A stretch of DNA of 54,599 bases, taken from positions 1 to 54,599 of the forward strand of contig JBGOTP010000002.1 of assembly GCA_041476545.1 (NCBI GenBank), given 5' to 3'. The DNA is from Vicinamibacteria bacterium. Its GTDB lineage: Bacteria; Acidobacteriota; Vicinamibacteria; Vicinamibacterales; CAVVIG01. The notes beneath the pieces were generated by a model. It was not told the origin of the DNA and did not search any database. It was given only the letters and a program-made list of their open reading frames with translations. A program made the position numbers and the translations under genes. This document shows, piece after piece, positions 53,198-54,599 of this stretch (position 1 is its first letter; the number at the start of each line of letters is the position of its first letter).

Positions 53198-54523
53198 TTA
53201 TCGAGTGCCGGCAACGGTGGCCGACTGCGGACGGGTCTGTGCTTCGCGGAGTACGCGGGTCGTTTCGGTTTCTCCGCGCTTGGCGGCAAGACTGAGCGGG
53301 GTCTCTCCCTCGCCGGTCGCGTTGATGTTGGCGCCGTGCGCGAGCAGCAGGCGCACAAGCTCCACCGGGCCATCGTCGGCGTACGCCGCCTGCATCAACG
53401 GTGTGTAGCCACGGTAGTCGACGGCGTTGACGTTGGCGCCCTTCTCAATCAGGAGCCTGGCCGACGCGAGGTCGCCATGATTCGCCGCATTCGCCAGCGG
53501 CGTTTCGCCACGCTTGGTCGGGAACGTGACGTCGGCGCCGCGCCCCACGAGCAGCACGACGGCGGCCGGATTGTTGGCTGCCGCGCCCATCAAGGGCGTG
53601 GCGTTCGTGTCGGACTTGGCATTCGGGTTGGCGCCTTTGTCGAGAAGCAGCCGGACCGAATCGGCGCTTGCCGTGACGGCGGCGAAGAGCGGCGTCTGAC
53701 CGGTCAGGTTGCGGGCGTTGATGTCTGCTCCGCCTTCGATCAGGAGCTGCACAATCGAGACGCCGTCGGGGCGCGCCGCGGCCAGGTGAAGCACGGTGCG
53801 GCCTTCAACGGTTTTCGCGTTCAGGTCGGCGCCCTTCGACAAGAGCAGTTTCAGTTTGACGGTATCCGCGACCGCCCAGTGCAGCGCCGTCGCTTTGCGG
53901 TCGTTACCGGCGTTCACATCCGCGCCCGCATCGAGCAGCGCCTGCATCATGTCGAGCGTGCCGGCATAGGCCGCGTGCATCAGCGCCGTGGAGCCGGCCC
54001 CGTCAGACTGCCGAGCCAGAAACCGGTCGGCCGCGAGCGCCCTCCGCAGGCCCGCGGCATCCTGGCGGTGAATGATGTCAATCACGTCCTGAAACCGTGG
54101 GTCCGTGACTTTCGCAATCGTCGCCGAGTCTGTCGCCCGGCCGGGCATCTCCGCGCCCTGATCGTTCCAGGCGCGCAGAATCCCCACCTCGTCTGGAGAC
54201 AGTGCGCCCGTCGGCGGCATCTGCAGTCCGGCGTTCGAGCCCGCTACACGGTGAATCAACTTGCTCTCGGCGCTCTTCCCCGGAACGATGACCGCGCCAT
54301 AGTCGCCGCCGCGCAGTGCATTCTGGCGAAGATCCAGCCGGAGGCCTGACTGCTGCTGCGTTTGTCCGTGGCACGAGAAACACTTGGAGAGGATCGGCTT
54401 GACGTGCTGCTCGTAGTTGATCATAACGGCCGCAGCGGGTGGTAGAGGAGTAGGAGTTTGGGCGTGGACGGCTGATGTGGCCAGCACCCATGACGCCAAC
54501 GTCAACCAGGAGGCTCGTCTCAT
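53198..54523 (-). CDS. PSCyt1-type cytochrome c domain fused to ankyrin repeats (exported)
   Basis: Start at MRRASWLTLASWVLATSAVHA (ATG 54523; alternative 54559). Has HVKPILSKCFSCHG...LRLD...SKLIHRV...MPP, then about 8 ankyrin repeats (TALMHAAYAG, ATALHWAV, RTVLHLAA, QTPLFAAV, ATPLMGAA, ETPLANAA, YTPLMQAA, ETPLSLAA). Confidence 0.75.
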   Translation of the reverse strand: MRRASWLTLASWVLATSAVHAQTPTPLPPAAAVMINYEQHVKPILSKCFSCHGQTQQQSGLRLDLRQNALRGGDYGAVIVPGKSAESKLIHRVAGSNAGLQMPPTGALSPDEVGILRAWNDQGAEMPGRATDSATIAKVTDPRFQDVIDIIHRQDAAGLRRALAADRFLARQSDGAGSTALMHAAYAGTLDMMQALLDAGADVNAGNDRKATALHWAVADTVKLKLLLSKGADLNAKTVEGRTVLHLAAARPDGVSIVQLLIEGGADINARNLTGQTPLFAAVTASADSVRLLLDKGANPNAKSDTNATPLMGAAANNPAAVVLLVGRGADVTFPTKRGETPLANAANHGDLASARLLIEKGANVNAVDYRGYTPLMQAAYADDGPVELVRLLLAHGANINATGEGETPLSLAAKRGETETTRVLREAQTRPQSATVAGTR

Positions 54524-54599
54524 GACGCATAGTATCGGGCTGAACCTTGACATCCGCAAGCCAAAACGCTACAAGTAGATACAGAAATATGACCGTGGC

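Noticed and set aside
10765-54349. Other long antisense or off-frame ORFs (e.g. 10765..12054, 13983..15254, 16525..17472, 17643..19016, 20227..21624, 23670..25394, 25298..26119, 29645..30637, 31424..33286, 36333..37067, 38028..39224, 41061..42761, 45485..46891, 53336..54349)
   Set aside because: Each lies opposite to, or out of frame with, a gene that has clear family motifs. Their compositions are dominated by Arg/Gly/Pro/Asp/His, as expected for non-coding frames of high-GC genes.

Overview
High-GC bacterial chromosomal window (most 60-nt lines I hand-counted are about 65-70% G+C), densely coding on both strands. I call about 40 protein-coding genes and saw no rRNA, tRNA, CRISPR array, transposase or integrase. 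The gene content suggests a soil Acidobacteriota-like organism (inference only): a carboxypeptidase-regulatory-like TonB-type outer-membrane protein, PSCyt1-type cytochrome fusions, a PEGA protein, several exported PQQ dehydrogenases and abundant REP-like hairpin families.

Layout:
(1) 1-1.9 kb: toxin-antitoxin remnant, VOC protein and a visibly lower-GC SIR2-like gene.
(2) 2.1-10.0 kb: a translationally coupled ACP -> fatty-acyl-AMP ligase -> alpha-oxoamine synthase -> B12-radical-SAM operon. It sits beside an IPCT-like cytidylyltransferase, a CDP-alcohol phosphatidyltransferase and a second radical SAM enzyme. This is my top candidate for an uncharacterised lipid pathway (long-chain amino/sphingoid-type base plus phospho-alcohol head group).
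(3) An addB-like gene (12.6-16.0 kb) and an addA-like gene (29.8-33.4 kb) are separated by a 13.8-kb block of membrane and exported enzymes. The block holds a GT-C glycosyltransferase, a quinohaemoprotein alcohol dehydrogenase, a tannase, an MBL hydrolase, a glucose-DH-like PQQ enzyme ATGA-coupled to a haem-c/copper-monooxygenase-like fusion, a divergent methanol/ethanol-family PQQ dehydrogenase and a cytochrome c.
(4) 33.5-44.5 kb: mixed genes (exported hypothetical, small OM barrel, beta-carbonic anhydrase, MFS, VOC, threonine aldolase, hydrolase, DinB, M16 peptidase, PEGA).
(5) 44.7-49.8 kb: an operon next to a divergent Rrf2 regulator, encoding an AAE3-like CoA ligase, a PanE-like reductase, an OFA transporter and a hydratase (probable oxalate assimilation).
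(6) 50-54.6 kb: porin O/P, TauE, and a haem-motif alpha-toroid protein paired with a PSCyt1-ankyrin protein.

Several palindromic repeat families occur, and two copies lie in-frame inside conserved genes. All functional calls rest on motif and family recognition by eye; no database search was run.
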